The position numbers and the translations under genes were made by a program. A DNA stretch of 64,000 bases from an uncultured Bdellovibrionales bacterium (lineage in GTDB: Bacteria; Patescibacteriota; Minisyncoccia; Moranbacterales; GWC2-37-73): contig CAZAFB010000001.1 in assembly GCA_964484505.1 (NCBI GenBank), forward strand, positions 9,974 through 73,973, written 5' to 3'. The notes beneath the pieces are model-generated. The model worked only from the letters and a program-made list of their open reading frames with translations. It did not search any database and was not told where the DNA came from. This document shows positions 15,779 to 25,988 of this stretch, piece by piece (position 1 is the first letter of the stretch; every line of letters begins with the position of its first letter).

Positions 15779-17911
15779 ATGCAAAATAAAAACAAAAAAA
15801 ATATACGCCTGAGGAGAATCAGTTTTAAATGGAAAGCAATTATTGTTTTAGAAATCTTTGTTATCGTAATCAATAGCGCGATCGCTTTTGCTGTTTGGAA
15901 TAGTACTCATGCCACTTTGAGGAATTCTCTCAGAGAAGAATTAATTGCCATAGCTTCATCTTCGGCAGCCGTGATTGATGTTGAAAAACATGAAAATATT
16001 CAAGAAGGGAATGATTTTGGCAATGAAGAATATGCGAAAATCCAGATATTGCTTCAAAAAATCAAAAAAGGCAATTCGCGCATAGACGATATTTATACAA
16101 TGCGCAAAACGGACAATGAGCAGGTGTGGCAATTTGTGGTTAGTGCTGCCGTTACGGAAGATGCCGATGGTAATGGTGTCATTGATGATACTGAAACTGC
16201 TGTGGCAGTGGGGGAGGAATATGATGTCTCATCATATCCTCAGATGCAACAAGCTTTTGATTTGCCTATTGCGGATGAAGATACAAGCTGCGACAAGTGG
16301 GGATGCTGGCTTTCCGGGTATGCGCCAATATATGATGAAAATGGCAATGCCGTGGCGATTGTCGGCGTGGATATGTCTGTCAAAGATGTGCTTGCTTTTG
16401 AAAAGGAGGTCAAAATGTTTTCAATAGGTATCGTATTGGTCTTGATTATTTTCATGCCTTTTGTTTTCTATGCCGTTCTCTCATATCTGAGCAGACCTAT
16501 GAAAAAAATAATGGGAGGAATTCAAGGATTTCAAACGGATATGAAAAGCAGAATCGATATCAGAACCGGGGATGAATTCGAAATGATTGCGGTAACTTTT
16601 AACACAATGGCTGATGAGCTCCAACAGTTATATGGAAAACTCGAGGAGAAAGTAAAAGAAAAAACTTCTCAACTTGAGGATAAGATTGTTGAAATTCAAC
16701 AGCGTAATGCCAAAGACGAAGCCTTGCTAGCCAGTGTGGGAGATGGCCTTGTGGCGACAGATAAAGACGGAAAAATAATTATGATGAATCGCCATGCTGT
16801 TGAAATAATGGGAGTTAAGGACATGAACTCTCTGCTGCATGCTGACTATTGTGAGAGGGCAAATTTGGAAAATGATTTCGGAGAAGAAATTTCATATGAA
16901 GAGCGACCAGTTAGAAAAGCCTTGGCTACTGGTGCGGTAGTTTCAATAAACTGTCAACTGATTAAAGAAGATGGTTTGAAGGTGCCTCTTTCTATGACCG
17001 CTGCCCCGATCATAATGGAAGGCAAGACAATTGGTGCTATTACGGTTTTTAGGGATATAACTAAGGAGAAGGAAATAGATCGTGCTAAAAGTGAATTCGT
17101 TTCGCTTGCTTCGCATCAATTGCGAACACCCCTTTCTTCCATAAAATGGTATGCTGAAATGTTGTTGCTCGGAATGACTGGAAAGGTGGGAGCCAAGCAG
17201 CGCAAATATCTTCGTCAAATATATAGCGCCAATCAGCATATGGTAGAATTGGTTAATTCTCTTTTGAATGTTTCACGTATTGAAATGGGAACTTTTAGTG
17301 TCGATCCGGAGAAGGTTGATATCAACGAGGTTGTTCAGGAAACGGTGCGCGAAGTTCTTTCATCGATGCACGAAAAGAAAATAAACTTGGAGAAAATAAT
17401 AAACGAAGATGCGGTATTTATGAATGCGGACCCTGCTTTGATTAGGATAATTATGCAAAACCTCATTTCCAATGCGGTTAAATATACTCCCGAAGGGGGC
17501 AAGGTATGCGTAAGCGTGATGCGAGAGGAATCAAGATTGAAAAAAGACGCCCAAGGAAAGGATTTTGTAATTTCAGTTTCCGATACTGGATTGGGAATAC
17601 CAGCTGCTCAGCAGGGCAAAATATTTTCCAAACTTTTCCGCGCTGACAATGCGCGTGAACAAGTTGCTGATGGAAATGGTCTCGGGTTGTATATTATAAA
17701 ATCTATTTTGGAATCATCTGGTGGCGCTATAGATTTTCGTTCCAAGGAAAATGTCGGTACTACTTTTACGGTTCGTATTCCAGCCGAGGGAATGAAACAA
17801 CGTGAAGGGGAAAAGAGACTTAATTTATATACGCAGGTTCATTCGCATGAATTACAGCTAAACTTGAAAGCTAAAAAGGATAATAATAATTCAAAATCAA
17901 AAAATAAATGA
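15779..17911 (+). CDS. Sensor histidine kinase (TM, extracytoplasmic Cache-like, TM, HAMP, PAS, HisKA, HATPase)
   Basis: H-box EFVSLASHQLRTPL, and N/G boxes (NLISNAVKYT, DTGLGI, GNGLGL). Periplasmic region between two TM segments. Confidence 0.75.
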   Translation: MQNKNKKNIRLRRISFKWKAIIVLEIFVIVINSAIAFAVWNSTHATLRNSLREELIAIASSSAAVIDVEKHENIQEGNDFGNEEYAKIQILLQKIKKGNSRIDDIYTMRKTDNEQVWQFVVSAAVTEDADGNGVIDDTETAVAVGEEYDVSSYPQMQQAFDLPIADEDTSCDKWGCWLSGYAPIYDENGNAVAIVGVDMSVKDVLAFEKEVKMFSIGIVLVLIIFMPFVFYAVLSYLSRPMKKIMGGIQGFQTDMKSRIDIRTGDEFEMIAVTFNTMADELQQLYGKLEEKVKEKTSQLEDKIVEIQQRNAKDEALLASVGDGLVATDKDGKIIMMNRHAVEIMGVKDMNSLLHADYCERANLENDFGEEISYEERPVRKALATGAVVSINCQLIKEDGLKVPLSMTAAPIIMEGKTIGAITVFRDITKEKEIDRAKSEFVSLASHQLRTPLSSIKWYAEMLLLGMTGKVGAKQRKYLRQIYSANQHMVELVNSLLNVSRIEMGTFSVDPEKVDINEVVQETVREVLSSMHEKKINLEKIINEDAVFMNADPALIRIIMQNLISNAVKYTPEGGKVCVSVMREESRLKKDAQGKDFVISVSDTGLGIPAAQQGKIFSKLFRADNAREQVADGNGLGLYIIKSILESSGGAIDFRSKENVGTTFTVRIPAEGMKQREGEKRLNLYTQVHSHELQLNLKAKKDNNNSKSKNK

Positions 17912-18288
17912 AAGGAATGAAAAAAAAGATTCTTATCGTTGAAGATGAGGAATCACTCAGGAATGTTTTGGAAGATATGTTTGAGGCTCAACATTTTTTA
18001 GCGCTTACCGCAGAAGATGGAGCGGGGGGTCTATATAAGGCGAAGCAATCGCATCCAGACATTATTTTGACTGACATCATTATGCCCAAAATGGATGGTG
18101 TTGAATTTATAAAAAGACTGAAACAAGATGAGTGGGGAAGTAAGGTGCCGATTATCGTACTTACGAACCTGAGTGATCGTGACAAGTTGAAAACAATCAT
18201 GGAAATGGGCGTATCAGATTATCTTCTGAAGGCTGATTGGAGCCTGGGTGCTATTGTGGAAAAGGTTAATGAAACATTGGAACTATAA
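17908..18288 (+). CDS. Single-domain response regulator (CheY-like receiver)
   Basis: ILIVEDE...D...ILTDIIMPKMDG. The ATGA overlaps the kinase stop. Confidence 0.75.
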   Translation: MKGMKKKILIVEDEESLRNVLEDMFEAQHFLALTAEDGAGGLYKAKQSHPDIILTDIIMPKMDGVEFIKRLKQDEWGSKVPIIVLTNLSDRDKLKTIMEMGVSDYLLKADWSLGAIVEKVNETLEL

Positions 18289-18298
18289 ATGAGAGAAG

Positions 18299-19417
18299 AT
18301 GAAAATTGCGATTCATACCGCGGATTTGGATCATGAACGGATCGATGGTACGCGGGTATACATATATAACTTACTAAAGAGATTTGGGGAAATTTCGCCC
18401 CAAGACTCTTTTTTGCTTTATCATCGTGGTGAATATAACCAACAACTGGAGCCGCCAAAATTTTCCAATTATGCTTTTGATACTCCTGGCTTCCCAATGA
18501 TGTGGACGCAGACCGCTTTTGCGGCAAAGGTTTGGCGAGACAAACCGGACGTACTCTGGATGCCGATGCACAACTTGCCATTTTTTCGGCGCAAAAAAAT
18601 GCAAACAGTTGTAACCATACACGACATGGCTTTCAAAAAGTTTCCCGAGTATTTCCCCAAAAAAGATCTTTGCAAGCTTAATTTTCTGGTTGATTATGCT
18701 ATCAAACACGCCGACAAATTGATTGCGGTTTCCCAATCTACTAAAAATGATATTCTGGAATTATACCCAAAGCGCCCTGAAGATTCAGTCAGAGTCATCC
18801 GTCATGGTTTTGATGAAGGATTGCTTAATAAGGAAAATAGAGATAATAATGACGAGACATTTTTGAAAAACTACAAACTAATTCCTAACACCTATCTGCT
18901 CTACGTTGGCGCTATCCAGCCGCGGAAGAATTTGGGAGTATTGATAGAAGCATTTGAAGAAATTAAAAAAGAAAAACGTGATTTTAAATTAGTGCTGGCC
19001 GGACAGAAGGCGTGGATGTGGGAAGATATTATTCGTCGGATAGCGGACAGTCCATACAAAGAAGATATTATTATCACGGGAACCATTAATTTTGCTGCAA
19101 GAAACGCCCTATATCGTAATGCTGCGGTTTTCGTTTTCCCCTCTTTGTATGAAGGTTTCGGCATTCCTATTTTGGAGGCTTTTGCTTCGGGCGTACCGGT
19201 TGTGTGCGCTCGTAATTCCAGCCTTGTGGAAGTGGGAGGGGCGGCGGCACTTTATTTTGAAACTCGAAATAGCGGCGATCTTGGCACAAAATTAAAAGAA
19301 GTTTTGAATAATGATGAACTTAGCAATAAGCTTATAACCAAGGGCTTGGAAAGAATAAAAAATTTTTCTTGGGACAGATGCGCAAAGGAAACGTTGGATT
19401 TTTTGAGAGATTGGTAA
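18299..19417 (+). CDS. Glycosyltransferase family 1 (GT4)
   Basis: C-terminal EGFGIPILEAFASGVPVV motif. Confidence 0.7.
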   Translation: MKIAIHTADLDHERIDGTRVYIYNLLKRFGEISPQDSFLLYHRGEYNQQLEPPKFSNYAFDTPGFPMMWTQTAFAAKVWRDKPDVLWMPMHNLPFFRRKKMQTVVTIHDMAFKKFPEYFPKKDLCKLNFLVDYAIKHADKLIAVSQSTKNDILELYPKRPEDSVRVIRHGFDEGLLNKENRDNNDETFLKNYKLIPNTYLLYVGAIQPRKNLGVLIEAFEEIKKEKRDFKLVLAGQKAWMWEDIIRRIADSPYKEDIIITGTINFAARNALYRNAAVFVFPSLYEGFGIPILEAFASGVPVVCARNSSLVEVGGAAALYFETRNSGDLGTKLKEVLNNDELSNKLITKGLERIKNFSWDRCAKETLDFLRDW

Positions 19418-19488
19418 GAAACAGGCTGATTGATTGTAAGAGATTATGTGCATTTGTTCTTTTAATCTGCGCCGGAAAGGAGCGGGTG

Positions 19489-19797
19489 ATGAGAAACGAC
19501 AAGCAAATTTTTGCTGAGGATATGTTATTTAGTGTCCTTCGTGCCTTGGGAGTATTAAAACACCGGCAGAGCTTAAGCGAATTTAAATCGTTGGCATATT
19601 TGAATTCTCCAGACGAGATCAAATTCGTGTTTTTTGAGGGAGGGGAAGATGTTATAGTTGCTGATTGCAAGGTAATGGAATTTGAAAACGTATTTTCCGG
19701 CACTATGCTTTTGGAATTCTCGGAAGATAAAGAAAAACTCCTTTTTTGTTTTGATGGTAAGAAATTATCTTTTAGCACGGAGGTAGGAAATGCGTAA
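19489..19797 (+). CDS. Hypothetical protein
   Basis: 102-aa ORF with protein-like composition. The opposite-strand ORF 19332-19841 is S/L-rich antisense. A hairpin with T-run follows at about 19827-19860. Confidence 0.35.
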   Translation: MRNDKQIFAEDMLFSVLRALGVLKHRQSLSEFKSLAYLNSPDEIKFVFFEGGEDVIVADCKVMEFENVFSGTMLLEFSEDKEKLLFCFDGKKLSFSTEVGNA

Positions 19798-19852
19798 AAA
19801 CGATACAGAAAAGGCGCAGAATAAAATAAGGCGACCGCCAAAAGGTGTGTCG

Positions 19853-20257
19853 CTATTTTTTATGCTCATTAAGAAAAGAAGAATCAAGTACAAGAGAGAA
19901 GGATGTGGTTAGAACGACACTGATAGCCAGATTTTGCCAAAGAGGAAGTTTGAGTAAAGTATTTCCGGCCAAAAGTAATAGTAGTATTGTGAAAAAAGGA
20001 ACAAGCGGCAAATGTTTTGTTTTATGAAGCTGATAGGAAGAACCTATTTTGCGGGCGATTATTATGTTGAAAAAAAAGAGTATCGCAATTGCTATGCCAA
20101 TTGTCGCGAAAGATATGCGTCCTGATATAAATCCGGGAATTGCAGCTTCCATGAATAAGAGACCAAAAGATCCAAGGAGGAGCAGAAACAAAGCATCTTG
20201 CAATGCTACGTGGCAAAGACGCAGAATATTATTCAATCTATTGGGATTGATTTCCAT
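19853..20257 (-). CDS. Small polytopic membrane protein, hypothetical
   Basis: About four TM helices. Overlaps the upstream gene by 20 nt (operon). Confidence 0.45.
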   Translation of the reverse strand: MEINPNRLNNILRLCHVALQDALFLLLLGSFGLLFMEAAIPGFISGRISFATIGIAIAILFFFNIIIARKIGSSYQLHKTKHLPLVPFFTILLLLLAGNTLLKLPLWQNLAISVVLTTSFSLVLDSSFLNEHKK

Positions 20258-21581
20258 AGTAGTTTTTCTTGATATTCAACTTAATCTGGGCCATTGAGGA
20301 AAGCATATTTCCACTATCTATCACTTTTTTAAAAATAACGTTTAGATACTTTGCTTTGATGTCAATATTTGACTGAAGGGAAAAGGCAAAGTCATTTCCT
20401 GGAAGATTGGCTAGCTGTGCCAAAGGAATTTGACAAGCAAAATTTGAATAAAATAAGGAAAATGTTTTCTCCATTTTGCAGTCGGCAAAAGTCTCAATGC
20501 TGTCGGTGTCTGCCATTATTGCTGAAGATCCTCGCAAATATAATTGGGCAGCAAGAGGGGAAATGAAACGATGTTTCTTGTTTTTTTCTATCAAGTAATA
20601 TTCTCCTGAAGCACGGTCGACAAATACTGTTCCATCAGGATGCGGCGAATCCTGAGTGAATAATTTTTGCTTTTCGTAAGCACCTAATTCTTCCGGGGTT
20701 ATGGCGATAAGATCATCCCAAGAATATCCCATGGCGGTAAAAGTGTCCACATTATCGATGGGGTAGCGTTTGCCGTCGGAAAGAATGAATACGGATTCGT
20801 TGGAAGATACAAGTGTGCCATCGCGAAAACCAATCGGTGTTCCAGATGCGGGATATTTTTCTAATAGGTCCTTGTTTACACTCTGCGCCCAAGCCTTGTC
20901 AGCGTTGGTTTCAAAAGCAGCGTTGCTCAAAAATGGAAACAAGATGCCATTTTTCAATTGATAATAGCTCTCGTCGATTTTTACAAAAGAGCCTTCGGGA
21001 AATTCATCATTGCTGATTATTGCACCAATAGCTAATAATGAAAAAACATTTTTATCGGTGCTCTGAAATGATTGTGAATCTAATTTTCTTGCTGTGAGCT
21101 GTTCTGTTGAAGCAAATTGGCGCAGTTGTCCTTGGGAAACCATGAAAAATTTTTCTCCGTCAGTTAGTAATGCTCCATCAGGGAAACTTTCTACCCCTTC
21201 TTCGGGAAAAAAGAAAGCGCGATATGATTTTTGCATGCGCACGGATATGTTTTGAGGAACTGCTGATTTTTTAGACAATTCCAGATTAACCAGCGCATGG
21301 GAATATGAACCAATAAGGTTGGTGTTGAAAATGAAAGGATGGTCGCTGGATAAGGCGCCCTTGATTACACCTTGTTCATTTATGCGCGGATCAGCCACGG
21401 TGTTTTTAAGAGCATCTGGATTATCAAAAAAATATTCAAAGGTGCGGGAAGGAAAAAGAATTTCGTGTAAGAAATATAGACCTGCTATGAAAAAGGCAAA
21501 CCAAATCATAAAGCGCGTTGCTACGGTCCAGAAGGTCCATGTGTTCAAGATGGTCTTAAGTTTTTGCTTATAAATATTCAT
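20238..21581 (-). CDS. Hypothetical membrane-anchored extracytoplasmic protein
   Basis: Single N-terminal TM, then a 400-aa soluble region; no recognisable motifs. Overlaps both neighbours. Confidence 0.5.
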   Translation of the reverse strand: MNIYKQKLKTILNTWTFWTVATRFMIWFAFFIAGLYFLHEILFPSRTFEYFFDNPDALKNTVADPRINEQGVIKGALSSDHPFIFNTNLIGSYSHALVNLELSKKSAVPQNISVRMQKSYRAFFFPEEGVESFPDGALLTDGEKFFMVSQGQLRQFASTEQLTARKLDSQSFQSTDKNVFSLLAIGAIISNDEFPEGSFVKIDESYYQLKNGILFPFLSNAAFETNADKAWAQSVNKDLLEKYPASGTPIGFRDGTLVSSNESVFILSDGKRYPIDNVDTFTAMGYSWDDLIAITPEELGAYEKQKLFTQDSPHPDGTVFVDRASGEYYLIEKNKKHRFISPLAAQLYLRGSSAIMADTDSIETFADCKMEKTFSLFYSNFACQIPLAQLANLPGNDFAFSLQSNIDIKAKYLNVIFKKVIDSGNMLSSMAQIKLNIKKNYYGNQSQ

Positions 21582-23352
21582 AAATGGTGCCTGTTATTAA
21601 AATATCTCTTGGAGGAGGAAGTGTCATGCCTGACTTGTTCGAAAGATCCAGACGCTGAGTGTTAAAGTGGTAGTTGCGGACGGGATTTATTTTATTACCC
21701 AGTTTTTGTAGATAGTAATCTTCTGATTGTTTCGGAATAATCAAATATGTCTTAGCGAATTTTGAGTGATCTATTTTTTTCAAATCATCAACATTAAAGA
21801 TATAAGCAGTATGTTTTCCATATAAAAAGCTCAGCGGCCCGCTAATCATAGACCAGCCATCTCCTGTTGCCAAGCGATCAATTAGAATCAGGTCGTTTTC
21901 TGAAAAAGTGGAGGATAGCTCTTTGGTTTGTTCCAATAAGTATCTGTTTTCTGCGAACGTTGCATACAACTCTAGTACCATTATATTTCCCAAGATAAAA
22001 GATATTATGAAAAAAATCGTAGCTGCTTGAAAGAGTCGGCGTTGGATTACAAGAGCGCCTGCATTGAAAAATTTGGCTAAACCGATAATTGTATACAACA
22101 TGGTTATTGGCAAAGCGGCAAAAAAATAACGGCGTAACATCCAAGGATGATCCATGGAAATATGAGCATCTGCCAAATAGATGAATGTAGGCAGTGCAAT
22201 GAAGAAAGGTATTAATATGCGAAAGCGTCCTCTGATAAAAACAAGCGCAATCACAGCAATTCCGATAAGCACATAACTGATTAAACCGTAAGTCCACAAT
22301 ATTTTCCAGGAGTGAATACTTTCAATGCCAATGGCGTTCGTTATCGATCCGGTTTGTATTGCGACGGGAGAAATGATGCTTTTTATCACTTTGGCCATTT
22401 CGCGATAAAATGCCCAGTCCCTAAGTATGTTTAATGAAAATAATATTATTGCTACCAAAGAGGGAAAAATAATTGTTTTTTTAAAATTTTTGCGGATATA
22501 TTGTCTGGATGGACGATGCGTTAATATTATGGCGAAGCCTATGGGGATCATCATTAAGCCCTCAATGCGAGTCAATGCTAACAAGATAGCTGATGAGCCC
22601 CATGTAATATATGAACCGCGAGAAGCGTCCTTGCTAAATATCAGCAGCGCTAGAGCAGATATCCAGATAAGAGGCAAGGCCATGTTTTCACTAAGAGTCA
22701 AGCGCGAAAACCAAACAAAAATAAAAGATGTTCCGCAAATGAAAAAGAAAAACCAAGCCCAGAAAGGGTGAATAAAGTTACGTATGACTGCATATGAAAA
22801 AATAAGCGAAAAAGCAAAAAGGAAACTATTGGCAGCTATTAATCCGAAAAGGCCAAGAAGCGAATAACAAGCGCCGAGCCAGCTAATGTAGCCTATCGGG
22901 AATTGGGTGACAAGCGTTCCATCGGATGAATAAAAAAAGCCTGGAAAATTGAGGGCTTTGCCAGGGCCGTATATTTTGAAAAATTCTTGACTTTCCGTTG
23001 TGGAAAATGGAATCGTATGATTTTGAACCAAACGAATTACTGCTTCGCTGATTGAACCTTGATCTCGTCCAGAAAATAGGGTCGGTTCGGTGAACTGGGT
23101 CCAAAGATATGCAACGCTGAAAGATATTGTTACGATAGCAAGCAGTTCCAGAGAAATTGTGCGGTGCCAGCCTTTGAGAAAAACAAAAGTTATAAATACG
23201 AAAAAAGTGGCAAAAAACAAAGCTGCGACCAGCGGTTTCCAAAAAATGCCAAGCAATGCCAAAATTATTGCCAGCAAAGCAAAAACAACCCAAGCAAGCG
23301 CTCCGGAAAGCAAAATATTCCAATCGTTAGGAGAAAATGTTCGGTGTTTCAT
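21568..23352 (-). CDS. Polytopic membrane protein, possibly a GT-C-fold glycosyltransferase (speculative)
   Basis: 594 aa with more than 10 TM helices and a C-terminal soluble domain. First gene of a three-gene overlapping operon. Confidence 0.45.
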   Translation of the reverse strand: MKHRTFSPNDWNILLSGALAWVVFALLAIILALLGIFWKPLVAALFFATFFVFITFVFLKGWHRTISLELLAIVTISFSVAYLWTQFTEPTLFSGRDQGSISEAVIRLVQNHTIPFSTTESQEFFKIYGPGKALNFPGFFYSSDGTLVTQFPIGYISWLGACYSLLGLFGLIAANSFLFAFSLIFSYAVIRNFIHPFWAWFFFFICGTSFIFVWFSRLTLSENMALPLIWISALALLIFSKDASRGSYITWGSSAILLALTRIEGLMMIPIGFAIILTHRPSRQYIRKNFKKTIIFPSLVAIILFSLNILRDWAFYREMAKVIKSIISPVAIQTGSITNAIGIESIHSWKILWTYGLISYVLIGIAVIALVFIRGRFRILIPFFIALPTFIYLADAHISMDHPWMLRRYFFAALPITMLYTIIGLAKFFNAGALVIQRRLFQAATIFFIISFILGNIMVLELYATFAENRYLLEQTKELSSTFSENDLILIDRLATGDGWSMISGPLSFLYGKHTAYIFNVDDLKKIDHSKFAKTYLIIPKQSEDYYLQKLGNKINPVRNYHFNTQRLDLSNKSGMTLPPPRDILITGTIYEYL

Positions 23353-23462
23353 CTGAGCCTAATTATACCTCGAGAGAGGTTATTTGCAAAGCTATATGGG
23401 ATAAGGTAAAATTAAGATGAACAAATACATAAAGGACGTATAAAACAAACAAAACATACAAA

Positions 23463-25916
23463 ATGAAAACGAGGCAGAATATTTTCGCGTGGTTTTATGA
23501 AGGCGGCTTGCATGGCCTTTTGGAATTGGAAAAGCGTTACATCTCTTTTTTGTGGCGCTTTTTTTCGATCGGCGAAATGGCCACAACTTTATTTTATCCT
23601 TGGCATCGCGACGTCACACCAAAGACTTGGCGCGGACTTCACCCCGTGCGCGCCCTGGAAGTTCTTGCGGATAACATAATTTCACGTTTACTTGGTGCGA
23701 TTATCCGTTGCCTGGTAATGATCTCGGGATTGATCATGATTTTTGTTGCGTTGCTGCTTGGACTGATCGTACTCATCTCTTGGGTTTCGTTCCCGCTTTT
23801 GACATTGGCACTTATTACCCTGCCATCTTTGCATGGTGAATTGTTACTTCCCGCGCTTGGTCTGTTGGCGGCATATTTGTTAGTGATATTTTGGTCTTAC
23901 CGTAAAGATTCGCGACTGAAAATGTCGGAACTTTCATATCGCGAGTTGGCTGTGCTGCCTGTTTTCGAGCGTATTGCCGCCAGAATGGGCATATCTTCCA
24001 AGAATGTCCCAAGGGAATTATTGGAAAGCGAAGAATTGTTCAGTCAATATTTGAGGCAGTATGATTTAACATACGAAGATTTCAAAAAGATTGTTGGATA
24101 TGAATGCAGAATTTGGGATGAAAAAAATGTGCAAAATGATTTTTGGAGTGCGGAAAATTTGGAGAAAATAATGCCGGTTGGCATGCAGTGGCGTTACGGT
24201 TATACGGTTAATTTGGATCATTATGCAGTGGATCTAAGCGTGGGTGACCCGACTGAATATCGAGATTCAAAATTGGTTGGAAGGGAAGATGAAAGAGAAA
24301 TTGTCAGTATGCTTTTACAGCGTCCCGATCAAAATTGTGCACTTCTGGTCGGTCCCGCAGGTATTGGCAAGAAAACACTGATTCATTCTCTGGGTAAACA
24401 AATCAGGCAAGGGGAACTTGGAGGGTATTTTGCTCACAAACGACTATTACTTTTAGATATTGGCAGTGCCATTTCCGATTGTTTGAACAAGGGAGAGGAT
24501 GTGGAAAATATGCTTAGGAATATTTTTACCGAAGCGGCATATGCGGGCAATATCATTTTGGTTATCGAGCATATTGAACACTATTTGGGCAAGCAGGAAA
24601 ATACTTTTCATCCTGATATTTCCTTGGTGCTGAGTGAATATTTAAGCTTAGCCTCTTTTCAACTCATTGCTACTTCCACGCCGCACGAATATCACACCTT
24701 AATCGAGAAGCAGGAATCGATAGCTAAATATTTTCAGGTGGTGGAGTTGCGTGAACCTTCACACGAGGAAACATTGGAGATATTGTTGGAAAAAATAAGG
24801 TGGTATGAGTTAGGGAAGATCCTGTTTACTTGGCAGGCACTGGAAACAGTTATCAGAGATGCGGAAAAATATAATTGGCACGATCCGATGCCGGAGAGAG
24901 CGCTGGATTTGGCCATGGAAGTTCTTACGGCATGGCAAGGCAAACAAGATACGGAGTTCATAACTTCTGAAACGATAAATGAATATTTAACCTTGAAAAC
25001 TGGTGTTCCGCAAGGAGAACTTAATGCAGGAGAGAGGAAAAAACTACTTAATTTGGAAGAATCTCTGCACCGATATGTGATCGGACAAGAAGAGGCAGTA
25101 GATCAAATTGCTGAGGCACTGCGCCGAGTGCGCTCCGGCATAGGCGATGATAAAAAACCGATTGGCAGCTTTCTTTTTCTGGGTCCGACGGGGGTTGGGA
25201 AGACCGAAACGGCCAAAGCTTTGGCAAGGGCCTATTTTGGTGACGAAAAACACATGATCCGTTTGGATATGAGCGAATATCAAAATCCCTCTTCCGTGGA
25301 TCGTTTGATTGGTAATGCTAATTTGAATCAACCAGGACAGCTTGTGATACATGCCAAAGAAAATCCTTATACGCTCTTGCTTTTGGACGAAGTTGAGAAG
25401 GCCTATCCTTCGGTGCTGGATCTTTTTCTGCAAATTTTGGATGAAGGATTCGTGACGGATGCATTTGGGGAGAAAATCAATTTTCGCAGCATGATAATCA
25501 TAGCTACCTCCAACGCGGGGGCGCCATTGATAAAAGAACTTGTGCAGCGAGGAGAGGATGCGGAGGATATCAAACAAAAAGTTATTGACCAAGTTATTGA
25601 AAAAGGGGTTTTTCGTGTGGAATTTCTAAACCGTTTCGACGGAGTAATTTTCTTCAAACCTCTCAATGATGGGGAACTGCGTAGCGTGACGAAACTTATT
25701 TTACAAAAACTCTCTCGCAGGCTCGACAAGGAAAAAAATATCGAAGTAACTTTCGGTGATTCAGTGGTCGAAAGCATTATTGCTAGCGGCTATAATCCAA
25801 TGTTTGGCGCAAGGTCCTTGAATCGTTATGTTGAGCATACCGTTGAAGATCTTATCGCACGCAAAATCATCGAGGGGGGAGTTAAGAGGGGGGAGCGAAT
25901 CTCTGTGGAGTTGTAA
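23463..25916 (+). CDS. Clp/Hsp100-family double-AAA+ ATPase (ClpC/ClpB-like) with an N-terminal membrane anchor replacing the Clp N-domain
   Basis: D1: LVGREDEREIVSMLLQRPDQNCALLVGPAGIGKKT. D2: VIGQEEAVDQIAEALRRVRSGIGDDKKPIGSFLFLGPTGVGKTETAKALA. The first 170 aa are hydrophobic. Confidence 0.7.
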   Translation: MKTRQNIFAWFYEGGLHGLLELEKRYISFLWRFFSIGEMATTLFYPWHRDVTPKTWRGLHPVRALEVLADNIISRLLGAIIRCLVMISGLIMIFVALLLGLIVLISWVSFPLLTLALITLPSLHGELLLPALGLLAAYLLVIFWSYRKDSRLKMSELSYRELAVLPVFERIAARMGISSKNVPRELLESEELFSQYLRQYDLTYEDFKKIVGYECRIWDEKNVQNDFWSAENLEKIMPVGMQWRYGYTVNLDHYAVDLSVGDPTEYRDSKLVGREDEREIVSMLLQRPDQNCALLVGPAGIGKKTLIHSLGKQIRQGELGGYFAHKRLLLLDIGSAISDCLNKGEDVENMLRNIFTEAAYAGNIILVIEHIEHYLGKQENTFHPDISLVLSEYLSLASFQLIATSTPHEYHTLIEKQESIAKYFQVVELREPSHEETLEILLEKIRWYELGKILFTWQALETVIRDAEKYNWHDPMPERALDLAMEVLTAWQGKQDTEFITSETINEYLTLKTGVPQGELNAGERKKLLNLEESLHRYVIGQEEAVDQIAEALRRVRSGIGDDKKPIGSFLFLGPTGVGKTETAKALARAYFGDEKHMIRLDMSEYQNPSSVDRLIGNANLNQPGQLVIHAKENPYTLLLLDEVEKAYPSVLDLFLQILDEGFVTDAFGEKINFRSMIIIATSNAGAPLIKELVQRGEDAEDIKQKVIDQVIEKGVFRVEFLNRFDGVIFFKPLNDGELRSVTKLILQKLSRRLDKEKNIEVTFGDSVVESIIASGYNPMFGARSLNRYVEHTVEDLIARKIIEGGVKRGERISVEL

Positions 25917-25941
25917 AATATGGAATATGAATATAAAAGAA

Positions 25942-25970
25942 ACCCGCATTAATGTTTAATGCGGGTTTTG
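25942..25970 (+). terminator. Rho-independent terminator
   Basis: acccgcattaa-tgt-ttaatgcgggt hairpin followed by tttg. Confidence 0.6.
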
Positions 25971-25988
25971 GTAGATAAGATTGTCTTA

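Noticed and set aside
19332-19841. Minus-strand 169-aa ORF
   Set aside because: S/L/T-rich low-complexity translation antisense to a more protein-like plus-strand ORF (19489-19797). No start context.
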